Shown: positions 36,448 through 52,420 of the stretch, in pieces
Layout of the letters: each line of letters starts with the position of its first letter
Position numbering within the stretch: position 1 is the stretch's first letter
Assembly (NCBI GenBank): GCA_027604505.1
Contig: JADIIX010000095.1
Span: 1-64,000 of the forward strand
Reading direction: 5' to 3'
DNA: 64,000 nt
DNA from: Gonapodya sp. JEL0774
Taxonomy: Eukaryota
Notes under the pieces: model-generated
The model's input: the letters and a program-made list of their open reading frames with translations, nothing else
Databases searched by the model: none
What the model was told of the DNA's origin: nothing
Program-made: the position numbers and the translations under genes

Positions 36448-38972
36448 CTACATAACTCTGCATTTCTTGTTCGCCTCCGGTCCCTTAGCACCCGGTCGTA
36501 CCCGCGACCTACCCCCATCCCATGACATCCGACTGCTGTTAGACTGCGGAGCTTTTGTACCACGACCGTCCGTCCCCTCCCCATGCACAGCGCGCATGAG
36601 GGCAGACCGTTCCTGCTCCGTCATCTTTTCGCCCCTGTACATGATGGCCGACATTTCGGAAAGGAGCACTTGCCACGCGTGGACTTCCCGGGCTTTTTGA
36701 TCCGAGGAGGCATTGCCGTGAACGGCGGTCATGGCATAAACACTGTCAAGTCAGGAGAACTACTGTCTTGAACCCAGAATCCATGCAGAAAGGTACCTCC
36801 CGCAAAACCACTTACACTGAAACGGTCATCGCTTTGTAGTCGTTAATGCTCAGACGCAAGCGCGTCCAGTGCATGTTCCCAATAAGCATCAGGTCCGCAA
36901 CCACTTCTCTTTGATTCCGGCCAAGGGATCGGTGCGTCTGCGTTGCGACTGTATCAATAATTTTAACGAAGGGAAACGAATCAGCTGAAGCGAAGAGCTT
37001 CTCGTAATCTGAGGTGGGAGGTAGGAGTTCAGGCTCAGAACTTTCCAGAACAAGGCAAGCCATTCCGTGTTTACCTGGATTCTCGGTAAAAAGGCATTCC
37101 TTGGTTAGGCGCGCCTGCATAACACAGAAGACATGTAGACAAGTGGTGAAACATAATGAGTGATTTCGCCAAAGTTATATTTCAGCTCACAAACTCCTCC
37201 ACAAGTCCATCCCTCCTCAAGGCGCTCCAGCTTGCGACGACATCATCCATCTGCCTCTTCGTGATATTCAGAGTCAAATCTTCCCAGTGATCTACCTGCT
37301 TGGACTTAATCAAGGCCGTCCAGTCTAAATCGCCTTTGGAAATGGGTGTCTGAGGATGAACACTTGAGCCGGAGATCCGAGATTTGCTGCTAATGGAGCT
37401 ACGAGCACCATCAGGACCAAAAGGACCTTGGGGACCATGAGGAGAGGAGGGCGGTGTCATATGGTCACCGTAATAATTTGACGAGGGTCCTCTTTGAGAA
37501 GACCCCACGGTAGGAGGGGGCAAACTAAGTCTGATGGAGGAAGAGCAGTCAAGACATGAGGCAATTTGGCAACGCAAGTCGATGCCCCAACTCACTTTGA
37601 GAACATCGCTTTGAGCATCATATCCTGGGGAGCTATTGCTTCCGCAAACGCCCTTTCTAGCTCCTCTACAGATAGATCCACGAATTTCACCATCGTCCAC
37701 AGTTCTAGGCGCGCCCTCTCATCTACTTCCTGGTGGTTTAGTACGTAGCCTCGAATAACGCCATATGCCTCGGGTGCTCGTAACGCCGAGATACCCGCAG
37801 CGTTGGGAGTTGTGACTTGCTTTATCAGAGACCGGAAAGCGTCTGGTGACATCGCCAGAAGAGCCGCAGGATTGTCCATAAACTCCGGGAGTGGGGGCGC
37901 TTTAGGTACTTCTGGCATCACTGGCTCCATTTCCGACTGATTGAAAGGTACCCGCGCCCACAAAGCATCCGCCTGTTCCCGAGACAGTGGCTTGCCTGCT
38001 CGATGCTTGGCATCTGTATAGCGCTGAACGAGGCCGTAATTTTTGACTAGGTCCGCGTGCTCCAGAAGGCTGGCGAAGGTGTCGTAAGAGGTGGCGGCAA
38101 GGGTGGCGTCAGACGCATCGGAGGACACCACATTCGCAATTAGAGAGCTGATGCAGGTAGTTAATGTTTAGATGAATCGTTTGTGCGGAAATATCACCTA
38201 TGTGAGCTCACTCCATTGCCCGATGCTCAATATCTGGGCAACCCCAAATTCGGCCCTCTTTCGCTATTGTGTACAAATCGTCCGGCAGAGTGCTCTGATG
38301 TTCAATGGCCGAATGCAGGAGGTGTGCAGAGTAGTCGAAGAGTGTGCCTAGTTGGAAAAGATCGGAAATGCGATGGATGCCGACAACCTGATCCCATTTT
38401 GTATCCGGTAGTGTGAGTTCGTGCTCATCCAGACTGTATATCCACCAGAGACACAATCCTAAGACCTCATGCAGGGAAGGATGAGCAGGAAGTACGGGTG
38501 TTTGGTAAATGGGAAGCCCCTTGGGACTTATGGTGGGTTGAGTGGAAGAGAAGAGCTCATAGAAGTAGGGACTCCTGTATGCGAGTACGATTCGGTGAAT
38601 GGGCAGAGAGCTCGACTAAGATTGGAAAGCAACCCGAGTAGGGGAATAGATGAGCATCAGCTTGTGTCGAACCTTCAGTGTCGTCCAAACCTGTCCCAAT
38701 TGAGGGCGGCAACGATTTACCTTCTCCTCTGTCGTTTTTATCTGCAGCAGAGCATCAGCAAATGTCCCTTCCTTCAAGAATGGCAAAAGTCCAGACAAAT
38801 TGCCCGGCATCGCCCCCCCTGTACCACGGGCTCGTGCCTTGCCCGGTGCAGTGGAGGTTCCCGACATCCTTCCGGTATTCGATGTTATTGTGTGCTGCGA
38901 TCCAAGAGAGTTGCGCGATGAGTAGAGAGTCGATAGCGTTGAGTCGTCGGTGCCCCCGTGACTGGCGAGCAT
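36448..38972 (-). CDS. BTB/POZ + BACK/NPH3-like repeats + C-terminal globin-like domain (paralog B)
   Basis: BTB: GTFADALLQI..LPIHRIVLAYRSPYFYELF. C-terminus after splicing: ITKRQMDDVVASWSALRR..EEFARLTKECLFTENPDYEKLF..LIGNMHWTRLRLSINDY..AWQVLLSEMSAIM. Confidence 0.85.
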
Positions 38973-39105
38973 TGGTTGAGGAAATCAGCTTTCCCTATTC
39001 CATGTCCGCAATGACGAGTGGCGTTCAGTTGTGGACACGAAATGCTTGCAGGGAAACCGACAAACCCGCAAAGGCAATTGCAAATATATTTAAATTTCTG
39101 TTCAT

Positions 39106-40908
39106 TCACATGCGAAAAACTAGGGAGCTCGAGTCATCCGAAGCTGTGACGACGGTACGGCCGTCTCTGCCAAACAACAAACAGAGCACCACGAACCAAG
39201 CGTCAGACAGATTAAACGTACGAACGGTTTGATGACAGAGGTGGTACCAACCTCGAGAGCGCAAAGTCCAAAATTGGCTCCCGATGGCCTGTCCAGGTTC
39301 TCTCACACGCTCCCGTTCGAGCGTCCCATACTCGAACGGTTCGGTCGGTGGAAGAAGATGTAATCAACGGGGATGAGGTGTGCCAGGAGAGGCTAGTGAC
39401 GCCGTCCTGAGAGCAAGAGAGAAATCGACAGGAAATCAGATTCCCGCCATGACGGGGAGGAATTGGCGGTCAAAAGACAAACATCGTCAACTCGCACTGT
39501 GAGACATTGTCTGCCTTAGCCGTAATGTTTGTACATCCCAGAGTTTCAAAGAGCCATCAAGGGAACCTGTGGCAAATATTGGTAGTCTGAGGGCAGAGGA
39601 GCAACAATGTGTCAAATCATGCCCGTTACTGAGGTTGGAAACTGGTAAACGTGCTCATCTTTCTACTCACGTCGGAGAAAAGCCCACCGCCTCGACAGAG
39701 TCCGTGTTTCCCTCAAAGGAACCAAGTATCTGCATGTTTGAAAAGCGAAGATTGAAACGAAAAACTTTGATTGTTAAAGATTGAACACACTACCAACCTT
39801 TCCGTTACCAAGGTGTAGCAACTTCGCCGTTCCATCTTCGCTTCCGGTTCCCGCAACAGTTCCATCAGTCTTGACATCCACGCAGGTGATGGTGTCGCCA
39901 TGCCAGCGTGCGTCTCCCCCGCTCAGCTTTCGAACAAGATGTCCATTCTTGGGATCCCAAACGGCGAAACTACCGTCTTCGGACCCAGAAACCACCGTTT
40001 TCCCATCCGGTGTGAACATTCCACAAGATACTGGGCCAGTGTGGCCACCAGAGAACACAGACATACAGGAGCCTGTGGGCGCGTTCCACATCCAAACAGT
40101 CGCATCGGAAGTTCCTGCCAACAGAACAGCACCGCGAGGATGCCATTTAATCCACTATATTGGAGTGGAAGTGGTTCACGTGAGTGTAACAGGTAGTCCA
40201 TGAGGCAAGCGAAGTTGTGGAATAGACCACTTACTGTTATTTCACTGGGTCCTTGAAGATTTTGCACCAACTTGCCATCTTGAACTGACCACACCTTCAC
40301 TACACCGTCCATGCCTCCAGTCGCAACAAGCTTTCCGTCACACGAGAACCCAGCAGAAATAACAGAGTCTGTGTGGCCAGACAGCTCAAAAGCAGGTTGA
40401 CCTGTGTCCGTGCGCCAAACGTACGCTTTGTCGTCCTCCCCACCCGTAACTGCGAGTGTTTGATCCGTTGGGGATAACGCAACACAGAATACCGAACCTG
40501 TGCAAGGAGAAGCACAGGCCATACCCATGAATTGCCATGTCACGGTATTGGAAGTAATCTTTTAATACCATTGTGACCCAAAAACCCTGCTATGGAGTCA
40601 TCTTTTATCTCTTCCATGGGTTCACCTTCTGACGGAGCATATGTACGAGCAGAAAGGAAACCAATACCACATTAGAATAACGGTGAGCAAGGATTGAATA
40701 AGAGGATCTGAAACAAACCACCGACATCTTCATCCTCCCCATCATCCAGGACGTCTGGTCCTTCGTCGGCATCGGAATCCATTGCAACATCTTCATCCTC
40801 CTGGACAACCTCCTGCGCCTCTCCATCATCAAGATACACGGCTCCCTCATCGTCACCATCGATACTCTCTGTGTCGTGGGGCTCGTGCTCTGGTTGATGG
40901 TCGTTCAT
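39106..40908 (-). CDS. SQT1: WD40 ribosome assembly chaperone Sqt1/AAMP
   Basis: Acidic N-terminus, then [54 protein letters not shown], ending [11 protein letters not shown]. Confidence 0.9.
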
Positions 40909-43375
40909 GACCGCCAGTGTGTCGATTTGAATTAAAAATCGTTTCTCCTGCACACAACTGAACTGGGGTATGTTTTGTGGCACAGCACTCCCGTCCCAAT
41001 TTGACCACCCCTCAGACTTAATTCCAAGTGACCCAGAGTAGCAACAGACTCGTACTTGTGAAGTCAAAGAGTAAACAATATAAGAGCTACGCGCTGTGGG
41101 TAGTAGGATTTGCACACTACGCTTTTGAAAGACCGCTATCCCCTATTCAAATCATAAAGAACGTTTAGCCCGATTCACACAGTAGAGTTTAGCAACAAGT
41201 ACATTAAACTAAACTGAAGAAAACTTTCAACAACTTTACAGAGCGGATTTTTGTTATCGGTTTTATTGGACAAGTTGGAGAATCGAGGCACGGAACAACC
41301 ACATCCACACTGCGATTTTTGGGGAGAGGGGCGGGCGTTGCTCAGAGAATTGACATCGTTTCACAGCACAACGTTTAAAAGTCTGCAGATGTAACGGTAT
41401 GTGAGAAAGATCTTTGTAAGATCTCCAGGTGAAGACCGATCAAACACGTGCTGGGCTGTGGGCAGACTATCGTTTGTCCAAAGAACGTACTCAAAACTTC
41501 CCAATTTTCACGAATCTCACTTGGATGGTCACAACAAAACGATTTGGTCAGCTGGCGCTCGCTAGGAGGTTCCGAGCATGTCCTGGTGGAAATCCTCAGC
41601 ACCTGCCGAAAAGAAATAGCAAGGTCGTTTCAGACATGTTCAACGGATCGCAGTCAAATGAAGTCGAAATGGAGATCGTGGGAAATCAAATAGGTGTTGT
41701 GGGAGCAGGTATGACGTCCGTTTTGCGAGTCTGTTCTCGTGAGAGTTGCTGAAAATCGCGTGTTGCATCAGTCGATTGACGATTCCCAAGTTGCATCAGA
41801 TTACAGCGATGGATCGAAGCCAAATGAAGCAGCGAAGGATATTATGGACGCTCAAAGAGAGGTTCTGGAGGATTGTAGCAGCTCGTTCTGCACCAAACCA
41901 CTTGCCATGTTCCCCCCAGCAATCAAAGACTTGACCCAAAATGAATGCTTTGTCTGCATATCGGGAAGCAATGTCAAACAGCACTACGCCTAGAGTGACA
42001 TGTGGGGCTTGTGGGGTGCTCAAATTTCCGAATGAAATGTCCCATTGTTTTCACTGAGTCCGATTTGATTCTTGGACTGTTATACGACCACTCTTGTCTA
42101 TTGAGGACTCGGGAATCTATGATACTTTTTATTTCCGTGCAATATCTTCACCAAGAAACCACCGCAAAATCAATGAAAAAGAACAGCTCGAGTGAGCGAA
42201 CAGGGCGATCATTGCGGCGTCTACCTCTACTGTGGGCTTTGGGCTGCAATACAGAATGTGAGCAACTCGAAATTGATAGATAAGTGGAAGAAGCAGCATT
42301 GGGTAAGGTGAGTTTATCTGTCAGCTGGATCTTCAAATCACGTAAACTGGACGCGGTTCGTCTCTGTCCTGTCAATGAATGCAACTAGAAATCTACCCAG
42401 CGTATGCAATGGAGCTACAACTCTTCTCCCCAGTGATTCGGCCTTTGGTCTCGGTCTCGTGGTTGCTGACCGTTTCCCCTCTTGCACCAACTTCCCTGCC
42501 CACTGAGAGCTTCTCCGACCTCCGGCTCAACTCAAAGACGTCAAACACAATGAAAAGGCACTCTGTGTAGCCGGTGGATACAGTGGAGTCAATGGGCCTC
42601 AGTGAAGATGAGTGAACAGGGGTGGTGGAACCTCTGACAGGAGCCTTCTGTTGTGGAAGTTTGGAACCTTCTCTGTACACACCTATCTGCTCCCAAGTAC
42701 CACCACTTATGGGATGTGTCACACCTTGGGAGTCGGTGGTTTTCAAGATCACAGTGTGTGGTTTGGTCTTTGTGGTGGGCGCTGGGCACCTTGGGTGACC
42801 ACAGTCCGGAGTCCAGAGAAAAATGCAGAAAGTCATACATCTATAGTGTAGGATCTATCTAGACATCATAAATCCGTCCTACATCTACCTGTCCAGTCCA
42901 ATACGGGACATCACATCTTCAGCTCTGTAAACGTTGGGATACGCCTAGTATTGGTGTGCTAGACTATAAGGGAAACAGTTAAACTGTGCCTGCATACGTG
43001 TTCACAGTCTCTGGTTGTGTGCACCGCAGCGTTCCTCCGTTTTACCAGACGCACGAGCTGACACCCCACCACGCCCAACAACTCCCCACAATGAATGGTA
43101 GAAAATCCTGTTCTGTTGAATGACGCTGTTTTAGTGCTACATCCAAAATTCATTCCTCTCTCTGCTTCAAACTCCTCCAATTATCCCACTTGAGCTTCTA
43201 GATTTTAAGCTAAATGCGTATTCGGAGTCAACCTCTTTCATTCAAATCGACGGCCTTCCCTGCGGTTTTACGAACTTGAGAGCCTGGTCGGGCGACTTCT
43301 TGTTCGGCCACAGTACTTACTGTCATATTCACTGCAGGTCCTTGCACGACGAGAGAGCCGCTGTCCAACGACCAA

Positions 43376-46183
<2,808 letters not shown>

Positions 46184-46280
46184 TAGAATTCCCAAACCAT
46201 TGAGACCATTGTGCAGTACGAGTTGACCACAGTTACACCTTTCACGGCATTGCCAGCCCTCTCACCAGAATTATAAGTAA

Positions 46281-47197
46281 ATGCGGTTTCCTTTGAAGAG
46301 CTTCGTCATAGTTTCGCTTGCACTAGTACTTCCTCCGTCAGTTTTGTCGGATCACTCGGATGAGATTATTTGTCAAGGAGCGGGGTCTGGAGATTGTTAC
46401 CCAAATTACTTCGTTGCAGGGGATCAATTCAAGGAGGTTCGCGAGGGACAGATTGTCGGTGAAGGACTTCATATCAGGATGGACTTTCAGACGGGGAAGA
46501 AAGAGGCCAAGCGTCTCAACGGCCATGATGAAACTTCCGATTCCCTCCTGGCTGTACCAACGCCGGATTGGGCATATGAACCTGCGAATGAAGGCTTTGC
46601 AAAGCACTATGGAGCGTTGGGAAGCAGTGTGGTGACGGAACAGGAACTGGTCTTGGACAACCTGGAGACTGAGATTCATGATGTGGGTCTCCTCTTATTC
46701 CCATACCGCACCAGCACCTTTTCAATGCCCCAACATTGTAGTTGGACTTCGCTGAGAGGTTTTCTCGCTCCCAGTGGGCTATGACCTCCGTCAAGAATCT
46801 GCTGCAGTCGCCAGAACCTTCAGTGCGGTGCAAGGCTTTTCTTGTCCTTGGAGGGCTCCTGAGCAACAATCCCAAGGTTCAGGAGCGTGCGGAACACTAT
46901 CGTCTATATGAGGCAATATCCAGATCCTTGATGGAAGAGGAGTCGATGGCTTGTCTGAAACAGGAGCTGTTTGCTTTTGGTGCAATGATGCGAGGTAGTG
47001 CTGATGGGCTCAGGCATTTCGAGGAGAACGGGTTTGCGCTGCTCCAGAAAGTTGTTGTACGCGCGCAGAAGGCGGGGAGAAATGATATCGTGTTGAGAGT
47101 GAGGCAGATTGTGTCTGATATGATGGATACCTCACAGTTTCCTGGAGGTATCAGTTTGAGTTGTAGCGACCCGTCTTCGTGCAGCTTAGCGCTATGA
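46281..47197 (+). CDS. SIL1: ER nucleotide exchange factor SIL1-like
   Basis: Signal peptide, then CYPNYFVAGDQFKEVREGQIVGEGLHIRMDFQTGKKEAK, and an ARM region with LLSNNPKVQ. Confidence 0.85.
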
Positions 47198-47292
47198 TGA
47201 TAGATTCTGTGGTTATTGTAAAATAAAGCCTTTAGGCTCCAAGATTTAGACCCGTTTCTCACACATCTTGTTCACTTCCCCCTCTCTTCACT

Positions 47293-48625
47293 ATGACAAA
47301 CAGAAATCATCCAATTGCCTCAGAAGAAAAGCTTGTTGAACTGGACCCAGAGTGTGCGAAGAGGGTCAACGGATTCCTTGATACATTTCAGAATCATATA
47401 ATGGAACTACAAACCAATCGTCCTTCGATGGAATGTTCATTCGATCGATTCGATCCCAACAATATCCAAATTTCTTTGGAACGGGACTCGAGCTTGCTCT
47501 CCGCGGAAACGACAAAACTCGCACTCACCATGAGGCCTCCATTCGAGCTTGACCTTTTGAACTTCATACTCGGGAATCTGGAGGCGGCTGCAGAAAGATT
47601 GGTGGTTACTGTCCAAAGCATCCCTGCTACGCGTGGGGAGCTCCTTTCAAAAGAAGTGAGGTGAGGGTCAACTTCTGGTTGCGAGGTTCGTACAATTCTT
47701 TTCACCAGCCCACCTGCGAACACCACCCCTAAAACTCACGTTTGTGATCCAAGATATGCTGCTTCCAGCACCCTCCTTCACGTGGCGGCCCTCGCAAACT
47801 CTTATCTCACCACGCCGCGGAACCTGGACGAACTATGTCGGCTTTCAGGGAACCCGTTTCATAACACAGGCGCGGGTATGAATGTCCCACTAAGTTTTGA
47901 GAGCTCTACAAACTTCTGACGCCTGCAATGGAATGTTCAGTTTGGCAATCCGCGGACTTGTTCAAGGGCCTCGTTATATCGAACAGGGCTTGGGTCGCGT
48001 CTAAGCTGCAAAATTTGACGAGTTTGTTGGATGATGCATTGGAAGAAACCGAGGCAACTCTAACGGCGCAAAACGACTCCGGTATTGAAGATGGAGGAGG
48101 CTCAGGATCAGACGAGGAAGGAGACTTGTACGATGATTTTGCAATGCTGACGGACCGAGAACGCGAAGTTGTCGGCAAGATTGTTTCGCTGCTAAAGCTG
48201 GTAAAGCTGACTTTCAAAAAGTTGACTGTTCGGACTTTTGTGGACGTTGTGGACGACACTCAAGAGCACGTGCTATGGTACGATGAAATATGGGACAAGG
48301 CAGTGAGTATATAGGTGGAACATCCGTACGTGTGACCGTGTGAGTGTGTTGTTTATGGTGACCATGCCACGCCTACTTGCAGACAGTTGTATCGTCGAAG
48401 GTTGACGACTTGGCATCTACCGCTCAGAGTCCGCCCTTCTCTCCAGATGAAATTGTGGGTGATGCCCGAGTACTTGTAGCTGAGTGTAAACAGCTTTGCG
48501 CCATGGCACAGAGCAAGAGCGAGGGCAAGAATGCCCTCTGGTGGCAAAATGCGCAACAGCAGCTAGAAAAGGCTGCGATATCGTTTGAGGAGCTGATGGG
48601 GCAGAGTGACTCAGTAGTATTGTAG
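47293..48625 (+). CDS. GCIP / cyclin-D1-binding protein 1 family
   Basis: LLSAETTKLAL..PP; VWQSADLF..ISNRAWV..LLDDALEE followed by an acidic linker and LTDRE; VDDLAST. Confidence 0.75.
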
Positions 48626-48664
48626 TTGAGATTGTAAAGTAAGATTCTACTACGTATTCGACTT

Positions 48665-49958
48665 CTAGTCGTACTTGGGGTCGAGCTTTTTGTCGGTCTC
48701 CAAAAAGGTCTTTATTGTTTCTACCAAGAAAGTTCCCGCCCGGCAGACGCCTTCCACAAAAATACCTCTGAATGCAAAAGTTAACACGCAGCAAAATGTA
48801 TACATAACCGGGCGGAAGTTTTGACCGAAATATTGGAGGGGTCCGATTGGTGGGTGCATGAGCTGGTAAAAAGTGAACAGGTGATGTGAGAATCGGGCGG
48901 CAAGCTGGCAACAATACCAACACGCACGTAATTGAGGTTGTAGGAGGTGAGGACAGCCATTCCACTCAAGACAACGGAGTGATAGAGGGCGAATAAAAGG
49001 AAAGACGCCATGACGAAATCGAAAGTGAAGGGATACAAAATGAAGCGCTTGTTAATGGCCAGCAGGAGCGGAACTACAGCTACCAAAACGTGCTGCATAG
49101 GTACAAAACAATTGTAGAAAGGGAGAATGGACACCAACAGGCGTTTCAAAATGACGCACCTCAAGCCAAAACACTTCTGGCTCCAAAAACATGGTTTGGT
49201 TCCGCAAGTCGGGGTTCACTGATGTCGTTGACAGTTTCAGCAAACGAACCGTGGAGCAGATCTTACGATTCGCACTCACCTAGAGCGAGCCAGGCACCCC
49301 ACATGATCGTCACATACAAATTAAAGTACGTGTGGGTTTTTCGCTGCTTCGGGTCGGACCATATCAGGTACATGATCTGATACGGTCCCAGTTGAACATC
49401 ACGCATAATCGTCATCAAATGTGCAACCAAACGTACTAAGAGGCAGCTCATGTGACACGGCTGCACCAGATAAATAAGAGACCCTCGGTAGCACTTATGC
49501 ACCGTGATAATGCCGAACGATGCTGCCGATAGGCCGAACACGACCTCGTCGAGCACAGGTATCCGCTTCATGGTGGGTAACTTGGCCTCCACCTCACGCA
49601 CAAGTTGAGGCCTTTGAGCAGAAGAAAACCGAGCGATGGACGCATATAAGCGTTTGGAAAAGGTGCGAGTGCGCTAGAGCGGATGTGCCCACGATTCCCA
49701 CGCCCGTCCATTGAAGTAAAGAAATGCGGGCACGAATACCGCATTGAACGCAAAAAACTCCTTGATATGTCGTGCCGGGTGGAGGTACCAAGATCCCGAA
49801 AGTGCGTCTTCAGGGTCCGGAGTGGTGAGTAGGTCTTTTGCAATTATGTAAGATGAAGTGACGGACGTAAGATTGAGTCGTTCGAATCCCCGTTCAGAAC
49901 ATCTCAGCCATATGATGAAGCACGTACGCGGATGGAGGTCTTCGAAGAACGATGCCAT
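48665..49958 (-). CDS. TMEM164-family membrane protein
   Basis: HKCYRGSLIYLVQPCHMSCLL, EPEVFWLE|HVLVAVVP, LYH..LTSYNLNY, YR motif. Confidence 0.85.
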
Positions 49959-50468
49959 CGGGTCGATGAACTTTTCAACGCAACGAGTTTCCGGCACAGA
50001 GACAGCCATTCAAAATCACGATGGAGGTTCAATAAAGCACGCCGAGGAATGGAGCCATCCGTTAAAGCATTCCGATGGCGAAACATGGCGCGGGACGGAT
50101 GCAAGAAAGAGAGGGCGTTCCGATCACGGTGTGTCCGTAACGATGACATGCGTCCAGACTGCCTGGCACAGAGAAACAGGCTCACATAATCCTGGATAGT
50201 CCTCCAAGGCATCGTGGTGAGGTAGGGATGACTTTGCAGAGGAGCAAGAAAAGCAATTGTTTTGGAGATGTCGGTCTCTGAGAACTGCTAACATGTCCGG
50301 CACGTTCCCCGCCCCCAACAAGGGATGCAAAATCGTAAATATTATTCGGGAGTCAGAAGCACAATTAAAAGGTATTCCAGCGAGATAGAAATGTAATAGG
50401 CACCGTTATTGCCCCATCAGCCCTTCACTCTTCCCAAAGTCTGGGGCTCCTCGACCTCCACCATAACA

Positions 50469-51723
50469 TCACGAGTTCATCGCCTCTTGCCTCACCCGTC
50501 TTGTAGGCGTCCCTACAGGCTCTGTAGCAATGGGTTCGAGTTCCGCAAGCGTGTCGGAGGGAGTTGGGAGAGCTTGTCCCAGGAGACCTGTCGGGCATGA
50601 ACATTTGACCAAAGTTAGTTTCATTACTAGCGAGATGAATGGTCCGAGGTGCAGATGTGAGGAATATAGTGCAGAACGGTGGTGACTGTGACTCGCGCGA
50701 TAATTTCGTTCTTCATCCTCTCATCCATATTCACCCGCTGCCCTGGGTTCTGCCGCGCCCCCAAACCCAACAAACCAATTACCATACTAAACCCACCATC
50801 TGTTACTTCGAACAAAACCTTGTCAACTTCCATCTCTGCCTCTTCTTCTAGTTCTTCTGCGTCTGCTCCATCGATGACAGTGTCCAACGCCTCCGAGACC
50901 ATTTCGTCCGCAACCCCGGCTTTCACCATCTCCTTTTGCAGTTCTCTCATCTGCTGGGAAATTTGAGGTAGGGAAATCACGTGATTCACTGAGCGCATGA
51001 GTTGAGCAGATTTTTGCAGAGTGCCGACGAGCTTGGCTTGTGCTTTCGGGACGCGGTAAAAACACAATTGGCATTAATCAGAGCGGACAGGGGAATGAAG
51101 GGGTTGGGGAAGGGGCAAGGAGGGAGAGTGCGATGAAAGAGGGGGACAGGGGTCAAATGGGGACAGATGTAAAACGACCTGCCCGCCCGGAAGCACCGTG
51201 AATTTTCATTCAGCTTACCAAGAGCTTCGTTAAGTTGTAAGCCAATTGAACCCAGCTGGGCTTTGCCGGTTGCCAATCTGTCCCTCGTCTTCCTCCCGTA
51301 CACAATCTGCTTGGCCAACATTCTCGCAGAAACCTTGTCACCCCGTTTCGCTGCCTTCTGCAGTTCCCGTTTCGCTTTATCTTCCTCCATTTGAATGGCG
51401 CGAGTCTGCCTGTCGAGTTCCCGTTGCTGGTTTCTCACATCAGTACGCCATTTCTTAACCTGTGTTCCCAGCCAGCAAACAAGGAGCTTGAGGGCAATTA
51501 CAGCAAGGTAAAGATTGAGGCACGATCTCACTTGTTCATCTGGTGTAAGCTTCCTGCCTGAAATATGCCAGATTCAAGGAAATGAGGGAGGGAGCATCAG
51601 TTGGAGGCTTGCTCGGTCATGTTCCTCCTTGTATACTCGGGCTAATGTGCTTCATGGAAACACCTCAAGCAATATCGACGCACCGAACAGCGCTTTCGTT
51701 ATGTTCAATTGTGAGCCGGACAT
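50469..51723 (-). CDS. VPS24: ESCRT-III subunit Vps24/CHMP3 (3' end approximate)
   Basis: TPDEQ|VKKWRTDVRNQQRELDRQ, KAQLGSIGLQL, GTLQKSAQLM, ELQKEMVKAGV, EVDKVLFEVT. Confidence 0.93.
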
Positions 51724-51810
51724 TCGGTTTGATTTGTCTCGGTATCTGTGGGGGGTCGGTGCCCATCGGCCACAGCACCGTTGATGCCCAATTCCGTTCA
51801 TCATTGGTCC

Positions 51811-52329
51811 ATGTCAGAAAGCTCGAGCGCTGTTCCCCCACTCCCACGCGCGCCTTCTTCCGTAGATGGAATTCTCTCAGAAGTTCGACAGCTCAGACTC
51901 AATGAGGAGAAGGTGAACTTCACCGCCAATGATTGGAGCAGACGCAGACCCTAACGCAGACTGTATCTCTGAACACTCAACTACATGCTTTATTATACCT
52001 ACAACAGAATAATATTCGCATAGCGAATGAGCTCTATCTTCGCGCCCATCCTGAGATTCGAGATATTTGCGACTACCTAGTTCGAACTGTCCTCTCAAAC
52101 AGAAACCAAAGCGACCCCGCAATAGATATGCAAGCATACGTTGCAGGTGAAAATTGTTCCTCCGCTGTTTGGAGTCTCCCGGGATTGTACCCAGTCCCGT
52201 TTTCAACATTCCCCTCGCGACAACACTTAACTGCAATCGCTGAACTCACAAGGTATTCTCTCAGAATCCAATCTCCGCTCAAAAGTCGAGCAACACAAAC
52301 TCTCGGTTAGGAAAGTTGATCGTGAATAA
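51811..52329 (+). CDS. Small RIIa/DPY30-like dimerisation-domain protein (RIIAD1-like)
   Basis: LRLNEEK|NNIRIANELYLRAHPEIRDICDYLVRTVL..AYVA resembles the RIIAD1 NExYLRxHxE motif. Confidence 0.75.
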
Positions 52330-52420
52330 GACTGAACGGACCGAATCTCTATTGTGAATGTACACTTTGCAGAATGTATGAATCTGTTTAAGCTCGAATT
52401 GACATCTTAATGGATACCCG

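Noticed and set aside
41350..43250. Fragmentary Cys-containing ORFs between SQT1 and U2AF65 as a transposon or gene
   Set aside because: No transposase or RT motifs, terminal repeats or coherent splice model that I could support.
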